A stretch of 64,000 nucleotides of DNA. Origin: Myxococcales bacterium. GTDB lineage: Bacteria > Myxococcota_A > Polyangia > Polyangiales > DASUME01. How positions within the stretch are numbered: position 1 is the stretch's first letter; the number at the start of each line of letters is the position of its first letter. The DNA lies in contig JASGJH010000001.1 in NCBI GenBank assembly GCA_047601445.1, positions 8,064,001-8,128,000 of the forward strand, written 5' to 3'. Positions 9,301 through 17,839 of the stretch are shown here, in pieces. Below the pieces are notes generated by a model. That model made no database searches and had not been told where the DNA came from. It saw only the letters and a list, made by a program, of their open reading frames with translations. The position numbers and the translations under genes were made by a program.

Positions 9301-10887
9301 GTGGGCGCGGAAATCAAAAACGAACACTTCAGCGACGCCGAGCGAGCACTGTTCGCCCGGCGGCTGCGCTCGAGCTTGGGGGCGCTGGATACGATGCTGC
9401 GACGCCCGGGCTTCGGCCTCGGGGAGCGCAGCATCGGCGTCGAGCTCGAGATGTTCCTGGTGGACGAGCGCGGGCGCGCGAAGCCAGTGGGGCAGGAGGT
9501 CGCCCGTCTCGCGGACGACGCTTGCATCACGCCCGAGATCGGGCGCTTCGACATCGAGTACAGCACGCCTCCGCTGATGTTGGCCGGGCACCCGTTCTCG
9601 GAGCTGCGCGCGCGCATGCAGCACGCCGACGCCAAGGTGCGTGGGTGCGCCGCCAAGCTGGGGGCCCGCGCCGTCCCCGTCAGCATCTTGCCCACGCTGC
9701 AGCGCGACGATTTCGGCGCTCACACCATCACCGATATGCCGCGCTATCGGGCACTCGCGAGCAACATGTACCTCTCGCGGCGCGCTCCGTTCCAGATTTG
9801 TATCAGTGGGGACGACCCGCTGCGGATGAGCGCCGACGACGTGGCCATGGAGTCCGCCAACACCGGCTTCCAGATTCATCTGAAGGTATCGCCGTCCGAA
9901 TTCGCCAGCTTCTTCAACGCCGCTCAGATGCTGACTGGCCCGGTGCTGGCGGCCGCGGGCAACTCCCCCACGTTTCTTGGCCATCGGCTGTGGCACGAGA
10001 CGCGCATCGCGCTGTTCAAGCAGGCGGGCGATGACCGCCCGGCGGATGGCCACACGGGCTTTCGCTTGCCGGCTCGGGTCGGCTTCGGCACGGGCTGGGT
10101 GCGGGACGGGGCCGCGGAGGTCTTCGCGGAGAGCGTGGCCTTGCACGAGCTCCTGCTGGCCGAGTGCAGCAACGAAGATCCGGAGGCGGCGCTCCGTGCG
10201 GGGCGCGTCCCCAAGCTCTCGGAGCTGCGCTTGCACCACGGGACCGTCTGGCGCTGGAATCGTCCGGTCTACGATCCCACGGCCGGTGGTTCACTGCGCA
10301 TCGAGCTGCGGGCGCTGCCTTCGGGACCCACCATCGAGGACATGATCGCCAACGCAGCCGTGCTCATCGGCGCGATCATCGCGCTGGCGCCGCGCATGCG
10401 AACCTTGCTGCCCGCGTTCCCGTTTGCGCTCGCAGAGCGCAACTTCTATCGGGCCGCGCAGCACGGCCTGGACGCGGAGATGGCTTGGCCTCCGGACGCG
10501 CACTGCGCTCCCGCGGCCAGGTCCGCCCGGCAGCTTCTGCTCGAGACGGTGCTCCCGCTGGCGCGCGAAGGCCTGCGCAGCGCGGGCGTGGCCCAGGCAG
10601 AGGCCGATGCGGCGTTGGCTGTCTTCGAACAGCGCGTCCAGTCTCGCCAGACGGGCGCCGCTTGGCAGCGCGCCATCTTCGAGGCTCTGGTGGAGCGCAG
10701 CGTGCCCCGGGAGTGGGCTCTCGCCGGATTGCTCGAGCGCTACCTAGCCAATGTGGAGACCGGACGGCCCGTGGGGGTATGGCCCGCCGAGCTGGACGCC
10801 AACGTCTTGCCCCAGGAAGCCGCCTGGATGCGCGGTGCGCTCCTCGAGCCGGGCGGGCCCGAGGGGACGAGGGTGCAAGATGTGTGA
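9301..10887 (+). CDS. Glutamate--cysteine ligase (GCS2) family gamma-glutamyl ligase
   Basis: IGVELE; EIGRFDIEY; ILPTL; PRYRAL; ESANTGFQIHL; NSP; LWHETRI.LF.Q; HHGTVWRWNRP; RIELRALPSGPT. GTG start at 9301 after GAGG. Confidence 0.88.
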   Translation: MGAEIKNEHFSDAERALFARRLRSSLGALDTMLRRPGFGLGERSIGVELEMFLVDERGRAKPVGQEVARLADDACITPEIGRFDIEYSTPPLMLAGHPFSELRARMQHADAKVRGCAAKLGARAVPVSILPTLQRDDFGAHTITDMPRYRALASNMYLSRRAPFQICISGDDPLRMSADDVAMESANTGFQIHLKVSPSEFASFFNAAQMLTGPVLAAAGNSPTFLGHRLWHETRIALFKQAGDDRPADGHTGFRLPARVGFGTGWVRDGAAEVFAESVALHELLLAECSNEDPEAALRAGRVPKLSELRLHHGTVWRWNRPVYDPTAGGSLRIELRALPSGPTIEDMIANAAVLIGAIIALAPRMRTLLPAFPFALAERNFYRAAQHGLDAEMAWPPDAHCAPAARSARQLLLETVLPLAREGLRSAGVAQAEADAALAVFEQRVQSRQTGAAWQRAIFEALVERSVPREWALAGLLERYLANVETGRPVGVWPAELDANVLPQEAAWMRGALLEPGGPEGTRVQDV

Positions 10888-11737
10888 GCTCCTCGGAATC
10901 GTCTCGAATCAACCGGTCGACGTGGACTTCTCGTTCGCGTACTTCGCGCTGCGCGGCGGCCAAACCGGTCCGCATGCGGACGGCTGGGGCCTCTCGCTCT
11001 ACGAGGGGCTGTTCGCACGCACGTTCCTCGAGCCCCATCCGGCCTACACCAGCAGGCTGGCCAAGTTCCTCCGCGAGAACCCCATCTACACGCCGCTGGC
11101 GGTGGCGCACGTGCGCAGAATGACGCGGGGGGACGCGGCCATCGAGAATACCCATCCGTTCCTCCGCGTGTGGCACAAGCGGCACATCGCGTTTGCGCAC
11201 AACGGTACCTTGCCGAACGTGTGGAAGATCCCGCTGCACAACGAGAGCACGATTGGAGGCACGGACAGCGAGCACGCCTTCTGCGTCCTGTTGGAGCGTT
11301 TGCGCGACGCCTACCCTGACGACTACCCGAGCGACCCCGTGGCGCTGGGTCGCAAGCTCTTCGAGATCGGAAACGAGCTCGGAGCGGATGGCGTGTTCAA
11401 TTTCCTGTTTGCCGACGGTGAGCACTTGTTCGCCCGTTGCGGTGACAACTTGGCGCTGGTCGAGCGACGGGCGCCCTTTGGGCACGCGACGCTGGTTGAC
11501 GCGGATGTGCGGGTCCACTTCGGTGACGTGATGGGACCGAGCAACCACGGGCGCATGGCGGTGGTCGCCACCGAGCCGCTGACCCGTGACGAGCCGTGGG
11601 AGAAGGCGGCTCCCGGCACGCTCTGGGTGTTGGGCAAAGGGGAGGTCCTGGCGACGTTCCGGCCCGCTGGCAAGGCGGCGGAGGTCGCAGCAGAGGTCGC
11701 GTTCGCGGCGCGCCATGGCGCGCACCGCGGACACTGA
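10880..11737 (+). CDS. Class II glutamine amidotransferase (YafJ-like)
   Basis: MCELLG; RGGQTGPHADGWG; AHVRR; NTHPF; FAHNG; GTDSE; VATEPLT. Start overlaps the end of the ligase gene. Confidence 0.9.
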   Translation: MCELLGIVSNQPVDVDFSFAYFALRGGQTGPHADGWGLSLYEGLFARTFLEPHPAYTSRLAKFLRENPIYTPLAVAHVRRMTRGDAAIENTHPFLRVWHKRHIAFAHNGTLPNVWKIPLHNESTIGGTDSEHAFCVLLERLRDAYPDDYPSDPVALGRKLFEIGNELGADGVFNFLFADGEHLFARCGDNLALVERRAPFGHATLVDADVRVHFGDVMGPSNHGRMAVVATEPLTRDEPWEKAAPGTLWVLGKGEVLATFRPAGKAAEVAAEVAFAARHGAHRGH

Positions 11738-11745
11738 CACCGACA

Positions 11746-12588
11746 CTAGGCGCGAGCGGGAGCGCGGGGTCTGAACGGGCGCACGTCCAAGTTGCCTGCC
11801 TGGACCACCAGGGCGCTCGCGACCGGGACCTCGCGCCACGCGCCATGGAGCTTGACGAGTGGCTCGGACACGATGGTGCGTGCGTCCCCTGCGAAGTGAC
11901 GCAACCGCTCGCGCTCGGGATACAGCGTGCGCACGGCATCGATGTTCTCGCTGACGAACAGCGTGTTGGCCTGTTTGGTTCCGCTCGCGTAGCGAATGCC
12001 GTAGAGGTGCTCGCCGTCGCTCACGCCCAGCGTCATCTGCAGCGGATTGGGGATGCGGTGTCGTGCGGCCACCTCCTCGACGAAGCCGGCCATCTGCTCG
12101 AGGGCGCCGAGCGGGTCGTCTTCCAGACCGAAGGTCAGCGCGAGGTGGAACAGCAGCTCGGAGTCGGTGGAACCACGGATGTTGTTGAACAACTCGGGAT
12201 TCACCGCGAGCAGGAGCTCACGGTGGATGGTGTTGAAGTCGGCCACGTAGCCATTGTGGACGAAGAGCCAGCGTCCGTAGCGAAACGGGTGGCAGTTGGT
12301 CTCCTGGACCGGCGAGCCGGTGGCCGCCCGAATGTGCGCGAGGAACAGCCTGGACTCGACTTGCGCGGCGATCTCTCGCAGATTGTTGTCGCCCCACGCG
12401 GGCGCGGCGTTGCGGTAGATGCCCGGCTCGGCACGCTGGCCGTACCAGCCGAGGCCGAGGCCGTCACCGTTGAGGCCGTTCTCGTAGAACTCCGAGGCCT
12501 GGCTCTGAGCGATCAGTGAGTGCTCGGGCTCGTACAAGAGTTCTTCCGGTCGGATCGGCTGTCCAAAGTAACCCACCCATCTGCACAT
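11746..12588 (-). CDS. Class II glutamine amidotransferase (EgtC/Dug3-like)
   Basis: MCRWVGY; HSLIAQS; NGDGLGLGWY; PAWGD.NL; AHIRAAT; NCHPF; HNG; GSTDSE; VSEPL. RBS AAGGAGG. Confidence 0.9.
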   Translation of the reverse strand: MCRWVGYFGQPIRPEELLYEPEHSLIAQSQASEFYENGLNGDGLGLGWYGQRAEPGIYRNAAPAWGDNNLREIAAQVESRLFLAHIRAATGSPVQETNCHPFRYGRWLFVHNGYVADFNTIHRELLLAVNPELFNNIRGSTDSELLFHLALTFGLEDDPLGALEQMAGFVEEVAARHRIPNPLQMTLGVSDGEHLYGIRYASGTKQANTLFVSENIDAVRTLYPERERLRHFAGDARTIVSEPLVKLHGAWREVPVASALVVQAGNLDVRPFRPRAPARA

Positions 12589-12721
12589 GGATTCCTCCTT
12601 GTCGCTGCTTCGGTACAGTATGCCCCGCATGTCGACCCGCGCTGCGGATCGCTCGCAGTGCGTTTACGACGCATTCCCAAAGTCGAACCTGCAAGGAGTC
12701 GAACGGATCGTCGTGAGCACG

Positions 12722-12737
12722 AGGCACGTCGCTTGCT
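12722..12737 (+). promoter_or_regulatory. Putative sigma-54 (-24/-12) promoter of the outer-membrane protein gene
   Basis: AGGCAC-GTCGC-TTGCT with exact GG-N10-GC spacing, 45 bp before the ATG. Confidence 0.6.
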
Positions 12738-12782
12738 CACTCGTAGGTTTTCGACCGTTGGGTCGGATCAAGCGAGGCGTCC

Positions 12783-13460
12783 ATGCTCGGAAGAAGTGCG
12801 GTGTTCAAAGCATTCATGGTTTCGGTGTTTAGTTTGGGTGTGTGCGGTGCGTTGAGCTCCTCGGCGGAAGCCCAAGTTGAGCCTGTCAACGCTGAACCGG
12901 CACACACAAATGCCACGACGCATCTCGAGCTCGATGAGAAGAACCTGACCATCTCGCCCACACGCCTCTACGGCGGCTTGTGGCTCGGCTTCGCGGGGCA
13001 CTCCAAGTACGACGACACCAATTATCGTGCGTACGGCGCCTCCACGGTGGGTGGTCAGTTCGGTATCGACGTGGTGGGGTTCTACAACCTGATCTCGCTC
13101 GGCGCGGAGGTTCGCTTCGGCGCGGCGAAGTCGGCTTCTGGCGACCGTTCGAACCTGATCGACATTGCGCTCAAGCCCCGGCTCCGCCTGGTGCCCGAGG
13201 ACAACTTCCCGCTCGAGTTCTACATCACGAGCCCCTTCGGTATCACCATTCCGCGGCTGTCCGACGCGAACAGCGCCGACGCCAATATCGGCTGGAACTT
13301 CGGCGTCGGCGGCGGTCTGAACCTGTTCTTGCACGAGAAGTTCGGCATCAACGTGGAGCCGATGTGGCTGACCCACCGCTTCAAGGTGGACGGCCCCTCG
13401 AGCGGCAAGCTCACGATCCAGGAGTTCGCGCTCTTCATCAACGCGGTGCTCGCCATCTGA
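12783..13460 (+). CDS. Outer-membrane beta-barrel protein
   Basis: Signal peptide ending AEA|Q; alternating hydrophobic, Gly/aromatic-rich strands (GWNFGVGGGLNLF). Confidence 0.7.
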   Translation: MLGRSAVFKAFMVSVFSLGVCGALSSSAEAQVEPVNAEPAHTNATTHLELDEKNLTISPTRLYGGLWLGFAGHSKYDDTNYRAYGASTVGGQFGIDVVGFYNLISLGAEVRFGAAKSASGDRSNLIDIALKPRLRLVPEDNFPLEFYITSPFGITIPRLSDANSADANIGWNFGVGGGLNLFLHEKFGINVEPMWLTHRFKVDGPSSGKLTIQEFALFINAVLAI

Positions 13461-13777
13461 GCGACGACCCGGGCGCGTCCGGGGCTTTGCGCGCACCACA
13501 CTGGTGCGCCCAGTCACGCAGCGCGCTCGGCGCCTCGTGGGCTGCGTCCGCCCTCGTGACCTGCGCGCTCTCAGGGCGTGCGGACGGTCTCGCGGCGCGT
13601 GCGCTTGGCAGGTGTGTCACGGGGCAGAGCGTCCCGTGCGCGCGGACCCCCTGTGTCGAATGCGCCCGCTCGGGCGGTGTCCTCGAAGGAGCCTTGGCCT
13701 GCAGCCAGAGAGCGCACGGCAAGCGCGCTCGTGTCGTGGCTGCGATCAAGGCTCTACATGCGCGGGTCACAGCGCAT

Positions 13778-14548
13778 TCAGGGCGTTGCAGGCGTCGCAG
13801 CAGGCGCCGGCGTACCCCCGGCAAGTGGCTCCGCCGTGGTTGCGGTCTCGCCAGCAGCGGCCGTGGCCACGCCACCAACCGTGGGGAGCTTCTCGGCAAC
13901 CGCGGTCGACAGTCCACCCAGACCGCGTTCCACCAGGCCGATCCAGCGACCTTCGGTGAGCATCATCCGGCGCATCTGATCCTTGCCCTCCACGAGCAGC
14001 GGGCCGGAGCTACCCACCATGTCGCCCTCGATGCGCAGACGCGCCACGAAGTCCACGGCCACCACGAAGAAGCCGGGGCGCAGGTAGCTCCAGAATTGCT
14101 CGATGGTCACCTTCACCTTGGATGCACTGGCGGCAGCGGGATCCTGCGGGCCCACCACCTTGTAGCCGCGTTGCGAGAGGGCTTGTCCCACGACCTCGGT
14201 GACGAGCTGAGGCACGCTGCGTCCCTCGGGCATCACGAAGTCACCCTTGGCGCCACCAAAGGAGCCGCGCTTGCGGCCGTAGGCACGGCTGGTGATCTCG
14301 GACTTGGTGATCTCTTCGGCGTACTTGAGCGAAGGTACATCGGCCTTGTCTGGTTTGGCTTCGAAGGCGCGTGCGTCGACGGCTTCGATGACCACCGTGG
14401 GGCCTGCGCTGCTCTGGGCAGCTGCGCCGCTCGGAACGTGGAGGTCGTGCACGGAGCGGCTTCGCACGCAGGCGCCGAGGGTGAGGACGAGGATCACGGC
14501 GAGGTAGCGGCCGAATGGGCACGCCGTTGTCACGGAAGGCAGTCGCAT
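13778..14548 (-). CDS. YajG-like lipoprotein
   Basis: Lipobox LGAC; V.D.R.FE; RAYGRKRG.FG; AL..RGY.V; I.QFW. RBS AAAGGAG; start reassigned to 14548. Confidence 0.65.
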   Translation of the reverse strand: MRLPSVTTACPFGRYLAVILVLTLGACVRSRSVHDLHVPSGAAAQSSAGPTVVIEAVDARAFEAKPDKADVPSLKYAEEITKSEITSRAYGRKRGSFGGAKGDFVMPEGRSVPQLVTEVVGQALSQRGYKVVGPQDPAAASASKVKVTIEQFWSYLRPGFFVVAVDFVARLRIEGDMVGSSGPLLVEGKDQMRRMMLTEGRWIGLVERGLGGLSTAVAEKLPTVGGVATAAAGETATTAEPLAGGTPAPAATPATP

Positions 14549-14806
14549 CAGGTCTCCTTTGCGGAAAAACTGCGCTGCGATTCTGCAGGACACTCAGTGG
14601 TTGGAGCAAGGACGGCCAACGGGTGATCCGTCAGGAGGATTGAGTTCCCTTCGTGGGACGTTCAGGCTGTTTTCGTGGGCCGTCCGAAAGGGGAGCCAAC
14701 GCGAGATTGGGCGCGAAAACCTGCATGGTGGAGTGACTGTGGCGGACGTCGATGCACCAAGACGGCGACTCCTCCTGAACGGGTGCGGGCGCGCTAGAAC
14801 AGAAAG

Positions 14807-15595
14807 ATGGTGAGCGTGGGCCCTTGGCTGGTGGTCGTGTGCGGCGTGTCGGGCGTGGGAAAAAGCACGGTCGGAGAGGCCCTGGCGGAATGGCTCGAAC
14901 TGCCCTACGCGGACGGGGACTCGTTTCACTCCTCGGAGAGCATCGCCAAGATGGCGGCCGGCCACGCCCTCGATGACCAGGAGCGTGCACCGTGGCTCGC
15001 GCGCATCGAGTCCTTTCTCGAGGCGAAGCAGGAGAGTGGGGCGGTGGTGAGTTGCTCGGCGCTCACGCGGGCGCATCGTCGGAAGCTCCTCGAAGCGGGA
15101 GCGCAGGTGACCTTTTTGCAGCTGGTGGCAAAGCCCGCGTTGGTCCGCACGCGCATGCTTGCGCGGCAGCATCATTTCATGAGTCCGTCACTGCTCGATT
15201 CACAACTCAGCCTACTCGAGCCCCTGGGTGTGGACGAACCCGGTTTGCGGCTCGACATCGACGACCTCACTCCGGGCGAGATCGCAGCGATGTTCGCGGG
15301 CTACTTGCGAGAGCAAGAGGACGCAGCGTTCGCGATCGACCCACTCGACGGAGAGCTCGACCTGCACACCTTCGCGCCCGAGGAAGCGGCGGACGTGGTG
15401 CGAGAGTACGTGCTTGCCTGTCAGGCCAAGGGGGTGCTCGCGTTGCGCATCGTGCACGGGAAGGGCAAGGGCACCCTACGCAGGACCGTTCACGCCGTGC
15501 TCGGCAGCATGCCCGAGGTGCGCGCCTTCCGTCTGGCGGGGCCGGAGCGTGGTGGATGGGGAGCGACGCTGGTGGACCTTCGAGCAGATTCCTAA
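14807..15595 (+). CDS. Gluconokinase (GntK/IdnK) fused to a C-terminal Smr/MutS2 domain
   Basis: P-loop [41 protein letters not shown]. Then [23 protein letters not shown]. Confidence 0.85.
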   Translation: MVSVGPWLVVVCGVSGVGKSTVGEALAEWLELPYADGDSFHSSESIAKMAAGHALDDQERAPWLARIESFLEAKQESGAVVSCSALTRAHRRKLLEAGAQVTFLQLVAKPALVRTRMLARQHHFMSPSLLDSQLSLLEPLGVDEPGLRLDIDDLTPGEIAAMFAGYLREQEDAAFAIDPLDGELDLHTFAPEEAADVVREYVLACQAKGVLALRIVHGKGKGTLRRTVHAVLGSMPEVRAFRLAGPERGGWGATLVDLRADS

Positions 15596-15688
15596 CAAGG
15601 TCAGGGCCCTGCTTCCGTGCCAGCCTTGCGCAAGCAACGCGCGCCCGTGCCCGCCCGCGCGGTGCCCGCCTGCACAACCCGACTACGT

Positions 15689-16447
15689 TCAACCGTTGAA
15701 GTTGGGCTTGCGGCGCTCGAAAAAGGCCGCGAAGGCTTCCTTGGCTTCAGGGCTCTTCAGGCGCTGCTCGAAGATCACGCGTTCGCGCTCGATGGTCTCG
15801 GCGACCTGCTTGGCTTGCGGGGCCGACAGGAGCTGCTTGCTGTGGCGCACGGCTCCCTTGGGCAGCGCGGCGAAGCGCGCGGCCACCTGGCGGGCGTGCG
15901 GGATGACCTGTGCCACGGGCAACACGGCGTTCGCGATACCGGCGTTCACGGCCTCGGTCGGGGTGATGGGATCGCCGAGCAAGAGCTTCTCGTTGGCTTT
16001 GGCGGCTCCGAGTCGCTGCGGGAGCAGCAAGCTCGACGCGAACTCCGGAACCAACCCGAGGTTCACGAAGGGCATCTGCAGCCGCGCATCTTCCGACAAG
16101 TACACCAGGTCGCAGTGCAAGAGCAGGGTGGTCCCGATGCCGATGGCTGCACCCGTGACGGCCGCGATGACGGGGAGCTCGCAGCCAGTCAGCGCCTGCA
16201 TGAAGCGGAAGACCGGCGCTTCGGGTCCCTCCGAGGGGCGCTGCATGAAGTCTTCGAGATCGTTGCCCGCGGTGAAGATGTTAGGCTGGCCGATGAGCAA
16301 GATGGCGCGCACGCTGGGGTCTGCCTGGGCGGCCAAGAGCGCGTCCGTGAGTGACTGATACATGGCCGCGGTAAGCGCGTTCTTCTTCTCGGGACGGGCG
16401 ATCTCGAGTGTGGCGATGCCGTCTTGGATGCTGCTCTTGATGCTCAT
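15689..16447 (-). CDS. Enoyl-CoA hydratase/isomerase
   Basis: RPEKKNAL; FTAGNDL; AIGIGTT; CDLVY; PFVNLGLVPE; FFERRKPNF. Start reassigned to MSIKSS. Confidence 0.9.
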   Translation of the reverse strand: MSIKSSIQDGIATLEIARPEKKNALTAAMYQSLTDALLAAQADPSVRAILLIGQPNIFTAGNDLEDFMQRPSEGPEAPVFRFMQALTGCELPVIAAVTGAAIGIGTTLLLHCDLVYLSEDARLQMPFVNLGLVPEFASSLLLPQRLGAAKANEKLLLGDPITPTEAVNAGIANAVLPVAQVIPHARQVAARFAALPKGAVRHSKQLLSAPQAKQVAETIERERVIFEQRLKSPEAKEAFAAFFERRKPNFNG

Positions 16448-16646
16448 GGGATCGTGCTGCTCCGCGTGCGTGGTCGAGGGGTCGCCAAGGTACGCCCTGG
16501 GACGCGCGCAGGCCAGGTCCAGGGGGAGCCGCTTACCTGGGGCCGCAGACGAGACGCCGCCGAGCGCGGGGTGAGCGGCTGCCCGAGGCAGAGCGGAGTT
16601 CGGTATGCTGAACGACGGTGTGATCGCGTTGGGGCAGGGGTGCACG

Positions 16647-17159
16647 ATGAGCTCGAGGGATGATGAACGCTGGGGACCCGGGGCCCGTGTGCTGGCCCTG
16701 GTTGGGTGCGTAGGGCTCGCTGGCTGTGGCAACGACTTCACCGAGGACGTCGAGCGCGCCCAGTCAGCCTGGAAAGCGAAGCGGCCCGCGGACTATGTCT
16801 TCGTCTACAAGCAGCCCTGCTTCTGCCTCTCCAGCCATATCGCCCCGGTCCGGGTTACCGTGACGGGTGGCAAGATCCTGGCGGCCACGTTCGCCGATGG
16901 AACGGTCGCGCCCGACGAGCGGCGCAAGACCATCGACGACTTGTACGACGACGCGCACGCTTGGGCAGCCGGAGACCCGGACGAGTTTCACCTCGCGACC
17001 AATCCCGAGTTCGCCTACCCAACCACCGTGAGCGTCGATGAGAAGAAGAGCACCGCGGACGACGAGTTCGGCATTTCGGTGGATTGCTTCGCCGCGAGCA
17101 CGAGCGACGACGCCTGCCCCCTCGCGGACATCGAGTGGCCCCTCCCGCTGGCGGATTAG
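16647..17159 (+). CDS. Lipoprotein, DUF6174-like
   Basis: Lipobox LAGC; W...RP.DYVF....CFC; VRVTV..G; TIDDLY; YP..VSVD; DDE. Confidence 0.7.
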   Translation: MSSRDDERWGPGARVLALVGCVGLAGCGNDFTEDVERAQSAWKAKRPADYVFVYKQPCFCLSSHIAPVRVTVTGGKILAATFADGTVAPDERRKTIDDLYDDAHAWAAGDPDEFHLATNPEFAYPTTVSVDEKKSTADDEFGISVDCFAASTSDDACPLADIEWPLPLAD

Positions 17160-17182
17160 CTCTCGAGGTTGGGGTTTATCTG

Positions 17183-17207
17183 GCTTGCGCGCCCGAGGGC
17201 GCTTCGA
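17183..17207 (+). repeat. Dispersed palindromic (REP-like) repeat, degenerate copy
   Basis: GCTTGCGCGCCCGAGGGCGC--TTCGA versus consensus GCTCGCGCGCCCGAGGGCGCGCTTCGA. Confidence 0.6.
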
Positions 17208-17267
17208 CCTGTGCCGCTTTGTGTCGCTCGCGCGAGCGATTCACGAATGCTTTTGCCGACGGCATCC

Positions 17268-17283
17268 TGGTACGAGCCTTGCT
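17268..17283 (+). promoter_or_regulatory. Putative sigma-54 promoter of the second DUF6174-like gene
   Basis: TGGTAC-GAGCC-TTGCT with exact -24/-12 spacing, 41 bp before the ATG. Confidence 0.6.
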
Positions 17284-17324
17284 GAGTCGCGCTCCGGCTC
17301 CTCATTTCTCGGAAGGTCGACTTC

Positions 17325-17813
17325 ATGGGCGCGAGTTTGTCTGGTGTGGTGCGATTCAGCGTGGTCGCCGGGGTGATCGCGATCGCTGCCTGCGGAGACG
17401 AGTCCGAACCCAACCCCCGGGTCGAGCGCGTCGATGCGGCCATCGAGCAGTGGGACGGCGAGCGACCGGATGACTATGTCTTCGCCTTCTCCTACTCGTG
17501 CTACTGCGACAACGATACGGTGCGGGTGGTGGTGCGGGCCGGCAAGGTCGTCGAAGCCAAGCTCGCGAGCGGCGCGGGTGCGCCCGACGACCGTCGCAAG
17601 ACCATCGACGACCTCTTCGTCGATGTCCGCAGCTGGGCCGAGGAAGATCCGGAGGAGTGGTCGCTGGAGCTGGACCCAGAGTGGAACTATCCGCGCCGCG
17701 TGCAGCTGGACGTGTCCAAAGGAGTTGCGGACGACGAGGGAGGGCTCATCGTGTCCTGTTTTTCCCCTGGTACAGCCGAGGATGTGTGTCCTCTCGCGGA
17801 AGAGGACCCCTAG
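17325..17813 (+). CDS. Lipoprotein, DUF6174-like (tandem paralog)
   Basis: Lipobox IAAC; RPDDYVF...CYC; APDDRRKTIDDLF; ADDE; SCF...DVCPLA, collinear with the upstream paralog. Confidence 0.7.
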   Translation: MGASLSGVVRFSVVAGVIAIAACGDESEPNPRVERVDAAIEQWDGERPDDYVFAFSYSCYCDNDTVRVVVRAGKVVEAKLASGAGAPDDRRKTIDDLFVDVRSWAEEDPEEWSLELDPEWNYPRRVQLDVSKGVADDEGGLIVSCFSPGTAEDVCPLAEEDP

Positions 17814-17839
17814 CTCGCTACAACGTTCGTGATCCCACG

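Noticed and set aside
2450..12588. Ergothioneine biosynthesis (EgtA/EgtC-like genes present)
   Set aside because: No EgtB sulfoxide synthase, EgtD methyltransferase or EgtE lyase in the cluster.
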